Position numbers and translations under genes: made by a program
IMG/VR virus record: IMGVR_UViG_3300005077_000629
Coordinates: 1 to 42,793 of that record
Source: a virus
Lineage: Duplodnaviria > Caudoviricetes
Length of the DNA stretch: 42,793 nucleotides
Reading direction: 5' to 3' (one strand)
Notes under the pieces: model-generated
Seen by the model: the letters and a program-made list of their open reading frames with translations, nothing else
Databases searched by the model: none
What the model was told of the DNA's origin: nothing
Part shown: positions 10,001 to 19,600 of the stretch, piece after piece
How positions within the stretch are numbered: the stretch's first letter is position 1
Layout: each line of letters opens with the position of its first letter

Positions 10001-10118
10001 TGCTGATTGCAAGCTCGTTTTTATTTCCAGAACTGTCGATAAAGATAAAGCCGTATTCCAGGCCGGTTTGTTCATCTCTCAGAACCAGGTGGAATTTGTC
10101 GTAGGTTTCCTCTCTCAT
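6999..10118 (-). CDS. Tail nozzle/tubular-protein-B-like structural protein
   Basis: 1039-aa beta-rich protein (QDDWSGG near the N-terminus, propeller-like repeats) directly after the adaptor-like gene, in podovirus order. Confidence 0.6.
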   Translation of the reverse strand: MREETYDKFHLVLRDEQTGLEYGFIFIDSSGNKNELAISRQGEPSTSLKTMQGSPTYDDFEAPFAPEDQDDWSGGRANTHFEKARNRFYDSYRATTHVSGQIVCGGQETYALGLRNQDFILPGSVSWMALYGSTRHVDRSFAASASYNADKAEFWIRKVGTPAAGLTVSLYNVDRSSTLKSITLDAADLPGDVVSVFQVFDWATTQALVSGTTYRIAIAAAAADDDENHWEVAMNPDAAGTTEVSNDAASWTAATEGLYYRVTDQDASVVAMFFEYKGQLYVATRPDNGTAGKVYMNGYRGAADTNSGDKTKLNDATQTGWASDEVADCIARIIDGMGVQEEQPWRKITASASGVATCDDTWSITHLGSGQDITQYVVLASDRFTLQQTGDYPFTDVAIADNIVYLACGEGQAATNIRNIRKLEEHAEGELWDKQFGSEDQQATFLMAENDPYLGPVLWLARNNDNAEGNTTLTRAYAPHSFDDGILAARPYRSNSDEFMEEANISDVSADYKGGNKTVFTIDADFTTGLIGSDSVDVEDWRRFTKIEISIKSSVTLAAGDLQLCIDDAALCGAPFFVVDFPAIQKNISYGPGGDYTMELDLDLIELEEAEEVRSVGINLATEQEDDVTITLQFHNLIPEEQSVKIGTGYEKITGIELYGEPAVPHVLTETMVYEVRNMVPQPIPLAEMKAVKSELNGRAHCTFDTYLVWSMLYGLERYYRSTLQDFGPNRDAGLPADRMGPVYKLLAFPGHIVACVDGGDDNISSVLVYRNGGWHELYRAPRAGLRIRDAFVQPIPGSELPDRLWISMGGDILWVPLAISNFNSYYDAAYRFTHESVVVTSWFYMSMRDVPKLWDSIKLFSENLSPGSRYVKVEYQLDDANDDDAWTAITDDFDVSPIQEIPITDDYSAKGRRMRYRLRLLTDDNSQTPRVLASLLEIIGRIRKKSTYPFTFQLIDRGKSLVNSGKTQDYDDITEWFDDLRELESNLTVLKVAYSTYKPLRDRYVLFEFADDRPIDVSKTEDRNTLLGRGVLIQLDES

Positions 10119-10120
10119 GT

Positions 10121-10921
10121 CTACCAGTTCGCCAGGTGAGGATCACGCTGCATATCTGGACGAATAATAATAGGACTTTCTCCTTCCAGTTCAGCCCTGG
10201 CCTCCTTTCGCATTGCATCAACCTTCTTCATTGCCGTGTCATCATCAAGATAACGCAGCCTGAAAGCCATCTGCGCCGCTTCCCATACAATCCTTTTCGC
10301 ATTGATTGCAGGATCAAGCTCGTCATCATAATCTTCCAACGTATCGAAAAACGTCACATATACCAGGCGCATCGGCAAATCATCGTAGCACGGTTGTTTC
10401 CCGGCATCGAACCGCAGCACTCCATTTACTTCCTCCCACCCGTAGTGTGGTGCGAAGTCATACGGTTCCTCGTCATCTTCTGCAATCTCTACACGCAGCA
10501 GGTTCCTTACACCATCAGGCAACGTGTATTCTTCCTGGTCCTCTACGGTCACAAGAGAGGTTGTATCTTCTGCAATCTTCCATGCTGGAAGGTCCTCTAT
10601 TGCTGTGTTCACTGCATCTTCCAAGCGGTCCAGCGGGTAATCATCCATCGTTGCTGTGAAACGATCACCAACCTGGGGCATGTAATCAAGTGCAGCAGCG
10701 AAGCGGAAGCCGGAGGCAGACGTATAATCCTGGATGATTCGCACGGCACCAGCATTTGACCCAGTGGTAATGAATAACGTTCCGTTATCATACCGCCCAT
10801 CAGCGTCAACAACCTCAGAACTGATCAGGCTTGCAGACCCGGAAACACTGGTCACACGTGCTGACTTTACTTCACCAAGTTTTTTCGCAGTACGCAGTAG
10901 CAAATCAGAGAATGTCGTCAT
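10121..10921 (-). CDS. Head-tail adaptor-like protein
   Basis: MTTFSDLL N-terminus and the LVTVEDQEEYTLPDG motif typical of adaptor proteins; GGAGG RBS; position after the capsid genes. Confidence 0.6.
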   Translation of the reverse strand: MTTFSDLLLRTAKKLGEVKSARVTSVSGSASLISSEVVDADGRYDNGTLFITTGSNAGAVRIIQDYTSASGFRFAAALDYMPQVGDRFTATMDDYPLDRLEDAVNTAIEDLPAWKIAEDTTSLVTVEDQEEYTLPDGVRNLLRVEIAEDDEEPYDFAPHYGWEEVNGVLRFDAGKQPCYDDLPMRLVYVTFFDTLEDYDDELDPAINAKRIVWEAAQMAFRLRYLDDDTAMKKVDAMRKEARAELEGESPIIIRPDMQRDPHLANW

Positions 10922-10938
10922 CGCCTACCTCCGGGACG

Positions 10939-11307
10939 TTATGCTTTTGCAATTGGACGCAACAGGAATGTTCCTTGGTTTATCTCGTCAAGCTCATAAA
11001 CCATGTCGTTGTCGGTAAACATGATGCCGCTTCCAGGCTTGATTGCATCCAGGTGCAGCACGGGACGACCTTTCCACTGATCAATCACGGTATCAGTGAA
11101 ATGCTCAATGAGCTTTTGGGTTGCAATATCATCTTCAGTTGTTTTCCTGCCAGAAGATACAACAGGCTTGTCGGTTGTAAGTTCTGCTGAAGAATACGAT
11201 ACGGCTGCCACAAGATCAGCTTTGTTCATGTTCGAGTACCCGACAACATTGAATGACTTGGCCAATTCCTTCAGTTCTTTCGCTGACATATTTTCATAAT
11301 CAAGCAT
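10939..11307 (-). CDS. Rho-N/HeH-like domain protein
   Basis: DYENMSAKELKELAKSFNVVGYSNMNKADLVAAV matches the Rho termination factor N-terminal helix-extension-helix pattern, which is common after phage capsid genes. Confidence 0.7.
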   Translation of the reverse strand: MLDYENMSAKELKELAKSFNVVGYSNMNKADLVAAVSYSSAELTTDKPVVSSGRKTTEDDIATQKLIEHFTDTVIDQWKGRPVLHLDAIKPGSGIMFTDNDMVYELDEINQGTFLLRPIAKA

Positions 11308-11329
11308 GTTCTTTCCCTTTCTATGATAA

Positions 11330-11362
11330 TGCCCACCAACCGATGCTGTGGGTTGGTGGGCA
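11330..11362 (-). terminator. Strong hairpin after the capsid genes (leaky terminator/mRNA-stabilising stem)
   Basis: Perfect 12-bp inverted repeat TGCCCACCAACC/GGTTGGTGGGCA with a 9-nt loop, followed by only a weak U-tract (UUAUCAU). Confidence 0.6.
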
Positions 11363-11391
11363 CCAATATACTTACAGGCAACGAGCCACCT

Positions 11392-11754
11392 TTACGGCGA
11401 AAGGTACTGACCTGCAGGAACAGGACCGGCCTGCACTTCTCCGTAGCTTCCACCTGTGATTGTCAGGCGCAGTTGGCGGTATCTGTCACGGGTGTACCCA
11501 CGCATGAAGTAATCACCCGCTGCAGAAATGCCACTGACCTGGCACACCTGGGTGAAGCCAGCCGACCCGGTTGCGCTCGATCCAGAATACACTGCGGCGG
11601 TAAGGGCACCGGAACCACCAAACTCAGGAACGTTTACCTTATAGGTAAGTCCCTGAAGTGGATCAGGACCGAAATCCTTCACCGTTCCGTTTTCGCTTGC
11701 TTCCAAATCGCCAGCAGTTGTTGCACGAAGCATCAGTTCAGCATCGAAAGACAT
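11392..11754 (-). CDS. Capsid decoration/cement-like protein
   Basis: 120-aa beta-rich protein (MSFDAELML...RYRQLRLTI) immediately after the major capsid gene, like Bbp16-type cement proteins; AAGGAG RBS. Confidence 0.6.
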   Translation of the reverse strand: MSFDAELMLRATTAGDLEASENGTVKDFGPDPLQGLTYKVNVPEFGGSGALTAAVYSGSSATGSAGFTQVCQVSGISAAGDYFMRGYTRDRYRQLRLTITGGSYGEVQAGPVPAGQYLSP

Positions 11755-11786
11755 TGGACACCACTCCTTTCCGGCCTATGGCCTTA

Positions 11787-12758
11787 TTATGCGGCAGTAA
11801 TGCCGACTACCCTGGCCATGGTCCGGGGATCAGCGTACCAAAGGCCAACAGGCCAGTCGATCACGGTGCGCATGGTGTGCCCATCTTCCAGCATCCCAAG
11901 GTCATTCACGTCCATGGGGTACTCATAAAATCCGTTCAGGAATTGCCCCTGACCAAGACGCATGAGGTACATGCTGGTGTAGGTTCCACCAGTGACGGCT
12001 GAACCGTCCACAAGTTCCGTGTCCCGGATAATCTCCGTGTCGTCATCTGGCCAGATGCAGCCCATGTCGAAGATTCTTGCACCACGATAGATGGTGAATT
12101 CACGGTCGAAAGCGTCCTGCTGTGTGTTCAGCCCACCAGCAGCACGGATTGCGGCCTGCAGAGAAAGATACATGGATGAATTCACCAGGATCAGATCGGC
12201 ACGGTGTCCAGAAAGTTTGTGCATCGCCTGGTTCATATACCAGAGCAGCTTTGCCTGGTTCGCAGCAAGAGACGTTGCATCAATTGAAACGTCCAGGCCA
12301 GCAGCCGTAACTGTCTGAGACGATGAAACTTCATTGATCAGACGATGCCGGATACCTGTGATACCGTCAGGATCATCAGCCGGGTTCCCGTTGATGAAAT
12401 AGTTGTTGAACAGATACGCCATTGAACGCACGTATTCTTGTGTCTGCCATGCACGCTGGTTCGGGTTCTGGTTCTTGTCCCGGTCGATCATCTTATCGAC
12501 ATCGACCTGGCCGCCGAAGTCGTGCACGGTTTCCTGCAGCGGCTCAAAGGTACCTTTGCTTTCCGAAAAATCAGCATTGATTTTACGGAAGGCAGGGCGT
12601 GGAGCACGTTTTGTGCGGCGAACCTCAATCTTCAGAGTGCCTGCATCCTCAAAGGGAAGTGCATCCATGATCATTGACTCTTTACGATAGATGTCAATGA
12701 TTGCACGGCGAAGGTTATCGGTTTCACTGCGTGCCCAATCAGCAAGAGTGATAGGCAT
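11787..12758 (-). CDS. Major capsid protein (HK97 fold)
   Basis: MPITLADWA...IMDALPF...AFRKIN...FGGQVDVDK...FINGN...TSMY...ARVVGI, in BPP-1 Bbp17-like style; strong GGAGG RBS; follows the scaffold. Confidence 0.88.
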   Translation of the reverse strand: MPITLADWARSETDNLRRAIIDIYRKESMIMDALPFEDAGTLKIEVRRTKRAPRPAFRKINADFSESKGTFEPLQETVHDFGGQVDVDKMIDRDKNQNPNQRAWQTQEYVRSMAYLFNNYFINGNPADDPDGITGIRHRLINEVSSSQTVTAAGLDVSIDATSLAANQAKLLWYMNQAMHKLSGHRADLILVNSSMYLSLQAAIRAAGGLNTQQDAFDREFTIYRGARIFDMGCIWPDDDTEIIRDTELVDGSAVTGGTYTSMYLMRLGQGQFLNGFYEYPMDVNDLGMLEDGHTMRTVIDWPVGLWYADPRTMARVVGITAA

Positions 12759-12796
12759 TTTAAACCTCCCAAGTATTTAGATAGGAAGGTCAAACG

Positions 12797-13600
12797 TCAG
12801 TCCGATTTTTTGTATGCCTTTGAAAGTAAGTCAAGCGGGTCTGTTCCCTGGGGGATTGCAGGACCAGCAGGACCACCGGCACCGGACAGCGCAGCAGCAC
12901 GGTATTTACTCCGGTCTGTACCAGGCTGCATGCCTGGTTGCTGCTGCTGCTTGTTTTGACCTTCTGCAGCGTTTGACTGATTGGAGGCTGCAATCCTCGC
13001 CTTTTTGTCTCGGATTGCATCATCAAGTGAATCCAGAAAATCCTTGGGGTTCTCAGCCTCAATCTTGATTTTGCTGAATTCAGGGTCCGCTTCAGACAGA
13101 TCAAAACCGGACTTTGCCAGTTTTCCAGCAGCAAGCGCATTTACTTCATCCGGTGAAAGACTCATGTAAATGTTTGTGCTTGTTGCCGGTGCCTGATCCT
13201 TTTGCTTGCCTGCCTGTGTCTGCTGCTGGTCAGTAGCATTATCAGCTTCAGGTTCGCTGTTCGGTTCCTTGGACAGAAAGGCTGCAGCAAAGCCAGCCTT
13301 GTCTTTGATTGAAGCAATGATTGCCGGGTCAACTTCATGTCCGTTATCTTTGAGCATAGCAATAACCCGGTCAACCTCTGCCAATTGTCCCTGAACCTCA
13401 GTCCTCAGCCGATGGACACCTTTATCAGCATAGGACTGTGCCGTCTGGGTTACCAGCTTTTCCATATCAGACTTGAGTGTGATCAAGTCCTGCATGGTTA
13501 CTGGCGTGGTATTGTCAACTTCCGATCCGCTACTTCCCTGCTGAGAAGTATCTGTCCGCTGACCAACGTTAGGATTAGAAGTATTCTCACCGTCTCCCAT
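12797..13600 (-). CDS. Capsid scaffolding protein
   Basis: Acidic, Q-rich, helical/low-complexity 267 aa directly upstream of the capsid gene; AGGAGG RBS. Confidence 0.65.
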   Translation of the reverse strand: MGDGENTSNPNVGQRTDTSQQGSSGSEVDNTTPVTMQDLITLKSDMEKLVTQTAQSYADKGVHRLRTEVQGQLAEVDRVIAMLKDNGHEVDPAIIASIKDKAGFAAAFLSKEPNSEPEADNATDQQQTQAGKQKDQAPATSTNIYMSLSPDEVNALAAGKLAKSGFDLSEADPEFSKIKIEAENPKDFLDSLDDAIRDKKARIAASNQSNAAEGQNKQQQQPGMQPGTDRSKYRAAALSGAGGPAGPAIPQGTDPLDLLSKAYKKSD

Positions 13601-13622
13601 TAGCTTATGCCTCCTGTGTTTG

Positions 13623-13652
13623 AGTATAGATGCTTTTTACAGTATACGTCAA
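13623..13652 (-). promoter_or_regulatory. Sigma70-type internal promoter for scaffold/capsid genes
   Basis: Minus strand TTGACG-N18-TATACT, followed by AGGAGG and the scaffold ATG. Confidence 0.7.
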
Positions 13653-13672
13653 GAGAAACATTTTTCACCTGG

Positions 13673-16600
13673 TTACTTCATTGCACCACTTACAATTGTA
13701 TTCATGAACGCTCCGAATGACATATCGGTAATTCCCATCTGGTCGTATATTCTGCGAAGGTCCTTTATCGCACCTTCCCCAAGCTGATAATCAGCATAAT
13801 AGTACCTGGTAAGCTGCCCGGCCAGCGGTGCATCCAGATAGCTTCTGAATTCCTGGTACCGCAGATAATTGCGTGCTTCTGCGGACACAGGATAATCTTT
13901 CGGCTCCCACCCCTCCGGCTTCACATAAGGTATCAGGTCTGGACGGTTGCGCAGGAAGTCATTCTCCCATGCCCACATTGCTTCAAGCTCAGGCCAGGCG
14001 TTCTTGAACGCATCACGCTGCGATGGTTCTGTACTGTAGTATCTATCCAGCAATGCGTACCAGTGCGGGAACAGTGCATCTTTTGTGTCCCTGTAATCTG
14101 TTACGCCTGCAGCAATCCCAGGGTCCAGGTAGTCAATCCCACCCTGCATTGCTGCAGGGGTCATCATCTGGACCATTTCACTCGGTGCCTGCTGTGCTTC
14201 CGGGACATTCGGAACCTGTTCGGCCTGACGCATGAACCGCACCCACATTGCCATAGTTGCAATATCAACAGCATCATAAGACCTGGTTTCCTTGTCCAGG
14301 AATGTCATCTGGAAAATGTCTCCCAGTCCTTCACGTATTTGCGCCTTCTGCGCACGATCAAAACCGTTGTATGTATCCCACACAAGATCAACCATATATC
14401 CACGCAGTCGTTCTTCAGGTTCATCAAACAAGGCCAGACGTGATTCATACTCCGGGTGTTCATCGAAGAATTCATTCACCCTGGACCTGTCACCCGTCTC
14501 ATTTGCCCACTGAAACGCTGCGTTCAATTGCTGCTGCATGCCCCTGAACTGTTCTTCACCCTCGCCGTACATATTGCTTGTCATTCCAGCCCAGGATGTT
14601 GCCGTTCCCGTTGCAGCTTCAAGACCTGCCCTTCTCTTTGCTTCCTCATATAGTGGTCCGGCCTGCTCAATCATTGCACGCTGAACTTCATTCGTGTCGT
14701 ATCCTTCAACTGCCATGTTTGCAAGCTGCCGCTCAATGCGGTACTGGTGCCACCGTGGAAATTCATCCATACCAAGTGCCCGGCGAATAGGTGCTTCAAC
14801 ATTCACACCGGCAGTAGGATTTCCTGAAGCCCATCCAGCCAGGGACGTTATCGCCTGGATTGCACGTGTCGGCGGCAAGTTATTGATTTCATTCGGTGTG
14901 CCCTTCAGCACGTTGTACAGGATATTTATCGGCAATGACGGAGAAACGATAAGGTTCATAAAGTCGAACGGGTTAGATGTCTCCCTGTCAACGTTCTGTT
15001 CTGCCATCGTTTTGGCCTGTTCCCACACGTGCCCGCTTCTGCTATTGATTGCATCCCTGATTTCAGCATCAGAATATTTCCCTTCTTGCAACCATGACTG
15101 AAGGATTGTCGCAGTTCTCTGATCAACCATGCTGTTCTCACGTGCCATGGTTTCAAGCGGTGTTGCAAGCTGCTCGAACGGGAAAAGCTGCCGGAAAGGA
15201 TCGACCCACAATCCACCACCAGCCCAGTCAGGAAGGAATGGCATGGGGATTTTCACCTTATCACGCAGCCTTGTCGGGAAGCCAGGCGAATACAGGGTGT
15301 TCCGCTGCATGTTTCTCAGGCGTGCATAGAACGCATAGTATCCAGGCTTGTCAAATATCCTGGAAAGATGCCGCAGGAATGACCTGGTGTAAAAGAACTC
15401 ATACGGATAGATGATGTTCGCCAGGCTGTCTATGTTGTACCGCTTTGTGTAGTTCAGCAGTGCAGCATCACGGCGGTTCTGTCCCCACCGGATTGCTGCC
15501 AGCTTGTTGTCGCTCATTCTGCCGTATACACTACGGCGCATATAATCTTGTAATTGCCTGGTTGTGTCCGGGTCTGTTTCTCCAAGGTTGAACTTCTTTG
15601 GTGGATCAGTCCTTGTCATCTTTTCCCTGAGTGATGCAAGTGCAGGCATAATATGAGCAGACCAGGCTTCTTCCTCGTCCTGGCCACGGTATTCGTATGG
15701 CACAGCATCATTCATGCTTGCTGCTGGTGGAGGAACTTCAGCAGCTTCAGAACCGCCCTGGATAACTGGCCTTGTGAAAGTTGTTCCATCACCACGTTCC
15801 AGAACCCACATTCTACTGTTGTGTACATCAAGACCCAGGACACGGACTGGACCCGTTGCGGTATCAAACCATTCGTATTTTTCTCCTGCAGGAATATAGG
15901 CTGTTAGTATTCCATCCTTGTATACCGCAGCAGAAACAGTCATCCCGTTTTCCCCGCCATGAACGAACGGATCCATTGGAACAATTCCATCTTCACGAGA
16001 GTAACCATCTTCCCTTGTGAAATATGTATCCGCTTTTCCTGGATCAATGCGAAGGTAATTGTCAGGCGACCGCATTTCAGTTGAGTAGCCTTCTGCATTA
16101 TCTTCCTCACCCGGTGAGGTATTACCAATGCCGTCAGTTGGTGTTTCGCCAGTAGCCATAGTGGCTGCAATGCTTTTGAGAAGTGGATAAGAGTCAAAGA
16201 ACCTCTGCAGACTTTCCTCTGGAATGAACCACAGGTTGCCTTTCGGAATATACTTTGCGCCAGCACCTAGCAGGGAATTCTTATCAGACATCAATGCCCT
16301 GTCAATCGCTATTTTCCCATCGTTCCTCATGCGCAATTTATAGACACGATTTCCAGGACCATTGACGGGAATACTGTCCCCTGCATGGATTGCAGCAAGT
16401 GCAGTATCTCTTGTGATATTTGCCTTCATATCAACAAAGAAGAACTTTGCAATTCGTGAAATCTTTCCAGATGGTATCTGAATTCCGCTGATCGTATCTC
16501 CAACGTCCTGGTCCTGGAATGAAACAAATGAAACGGATTGAAGGTCTTTTGTGTTTTCGCTGAGCATGTTACGAATGTTCCTGAGATCATCCAGGAAAAT

Positions 16601-19600
16601 ACCACTGATCAGTGCATACTGTTTTCCGCTTGTGTCTCTGACCTCATACATGTTCAGGTCTTTTCCATCATCCCTGGCAAGACTTGTTTCCCTGAGAACC
16701 TTTCCCTTCACGACTTTTGAATACTGCTGCTGCATCAATTCATACGCAGCGGAATCTGTCATCTGTTCCATGACTTCATCGAAGTGCTTCATCGTCTCAA
16801 CCTGGACGTGAGGAGGCATGAACATGACTTCATTGAGAACAGCACGCATATTGTTCACTTTTGAAGGAAGTTCAGCAGGAATGTCGCCGCTTGATCCAAC
16901 CCATCTTGTGTAATATGCCTTTATCTCATTCGGAAGTGTTCTCCATGTTTCCTTGAACACGTCCAGATGGAACGTTGACATCATGTCGAACGAAGCCCAT
17001 TCGTCACCAGCAGCAGTGTCGGCACCACCTCTTGACGTTGCACCAGTATCACGCAGCCTGGTTGCTGCTGTGGCCACAAACTTGTTGTCGATCGGAGAAC
17101 TTGACTTCAGCAGCGTAACAAGTGGACTGGATAACTGATCAGCACGATCAACCCGCCCAAGTCTCTGAATTACCGTTGTCGCTGTCCAGTCGTAATCGAC
17201 AAAGATAAGTTCAACAGGCCATGACTCACCATACTTGTTTCCCTTGTCATGCAGACTGATACCGGTGTCACCCTTCTTGGACAGAATTGCAACCGTGGCT
17301 TCCCCGTTCTGCCATCTTTCTATTTCACGTTGCATGTCTGCCTTAATGTTTTTCAGTTCTTTCGGAAGTCCTGAAATAATCGCTACATTCTCACGCCCAT
17401 AGTGATTTATTACCGCTTCAATATTTGAAATGACTTGATGCTCCAAAGCTGACGCACGTTCATGCAAGAGTGCACGAGCTTCAAGTGCCTCTGGCATCAT
17501 GTCACCCATGCCAATAACAGCCCCTTCTTCATCCAGGTTGCGCTCCTGTACCGGAATGGCATCAATTGCAGCACGGAGGTTGCCACCTTCTTCTGTAATT
17601 GCAGATATATATTCTACTGATAGGACAACACGCCTTCCCTCCGAAATAGACTGATCGGCTATGCGGATTGCGTCTTTCATCCTCTCTGCACCTGTTCGCT
17701 GCCTGATGTCAAATCCGAGCATAGAACGCACACCAAACGACAATCCTGGATCATTTGATTGCGCAGCGAACTCATAAAATGCAGTCTCAATATCATGATA
17801 GAGTTCTGCTATTTCATCATATTTATTGAAGAAAAACTCGTCTACTGCACTAGCCTGCTCTACCCTGTATTCAGTACCACCACGCCACAATTCACGCGTC
17901 ATGAACATTCCATTTGCTTTCAATTCACGCATGACCTGTTCAGTCATAGCAGGCGATAGTGACACACCAGTTTCTTTCCATCCCTTTATTTTCTTCTGTA
18001 GACCAGAAGCGTTCTGTTCGATTGCAAGGTCTATATCTTCCTGTGATACAGCACCGGTGCTTTTAGCTTCATCAAACCCAAGCCTATCGTATTGCGTTTG
18101 TATCTGATCACGAAGGGCATTGAAACTTATGCTTGGGTTCTCCGCTACAATCTCCCGTAATAGTCCAACCATCGCGCGCCTGTTTCTCTCGAAGAAAGCA
18201 CCACGATAGTACCCTACCACGCTTGCTTGTGGATACATGCCTACGATGTTCGTGTTCAGTTCATCTTTCTTAATTACACCTATAAAGAATTCGCCTTTCC
18301 CCATTTCTCCAAGAACAATTTTATATTTCCCTCCGAGGTCATCTCCGACAACATTCACGTTCATGGTTTGCTTTTGATATGCTGGTGTACCAGGACGCTG
18401 AATGGTTATCGGCGTTTCATCCAGCATGCCACCAAGATCAGCATATTTACTTATTGCTGCTTCACGGAATTCAGAAACTTGTTTGTTAACTTTAGCAGCA
18501 GCTTTTATTCCATCGTATTCCTCTTTCGTAATTGTCCCTGTGATCAGATCAGTGTAAAGCTGGAATGATTTATCACTAGGTCCCCAAAGACCAAGGCCAA
18601 GTAAGTAATGAAGTTCATTGATGTTTTCGGCAGGTGTTGCTGTGTAGTAAACCTGGTAGGCATCTTTTTCCATTGCTGCGTGCAGTGCTGCCCACGTCTT
18701 TCCGTAGTCAGAACCATCCAGGTTCTTACAAACATGCGCTTCATCTGCAAGCAATCCGTCTGGGCGCAGGTCATTTATTTGTGTCGCATACTTTTTCATG
18801 TCGATGTATGAACCAATATATATTGTTGGTTCATCGAATACAGGAAGTGGATCAAGAGGACGGTCGTGGATCATAACTATCCTATACGGGAATTCCCCGT
18901 CAATGACAGTTCTTCCTGCTTCATCGTATTTTCCTCCACCGACAACATGGAAATATTCTATTTGAGCTGCGACTGTCGCATCATTCTTTGACAGGACCAG
19001 TATTCTTTTCTTCCCTGCACTTTCGATCATATCCCAGGCCGTATATGCCATCATGCGGCCTTTTCCTGTGCCTGTACCGTCTGCTGCCACAAACGCATGT
19101 CCTTCAGCATTTGCTTGCAGTGCATACGCTGCACCAACATGCTGATCGTCCGATATCATTCCACGCTGTCTCGCTGCCTGGACTATATCAGACACATTGT
19201 ATGTCAGTTCTGGAACACGTACTCCGGCAAGTGCTTTGCCTTCAACGTAAGGGCGGGGGTGTCTAGAGATTGATTCTCGTGGAGTGTATGTAGAGAAAGT
19301 ATAGCTGCCTGAATCTTCAATGGCGTCTGATTGGCTATCCCAGTAATCCCGAACAAGCTCATTGTTTCGGACGACAATAGCATCTGGAACCAGGCGATCC
19401 GAAGGCGGGGGGTCAGTTCTTTTTCTTCTAGGCTTTCGGGAAACCACGTTGGAATCAGGTATGGTTTCCCGTCTACTTGTACTTCCTCCATCGCCAGGGC
19501 TTCCTCCGGCTGCGCTAGTTCCTGATACAGCATAGGGTTCTCGTCTTTCAGTAGACGGTACAAATCGTTCCACCGCTGACGCTTCTCGTTCGATTTCAGT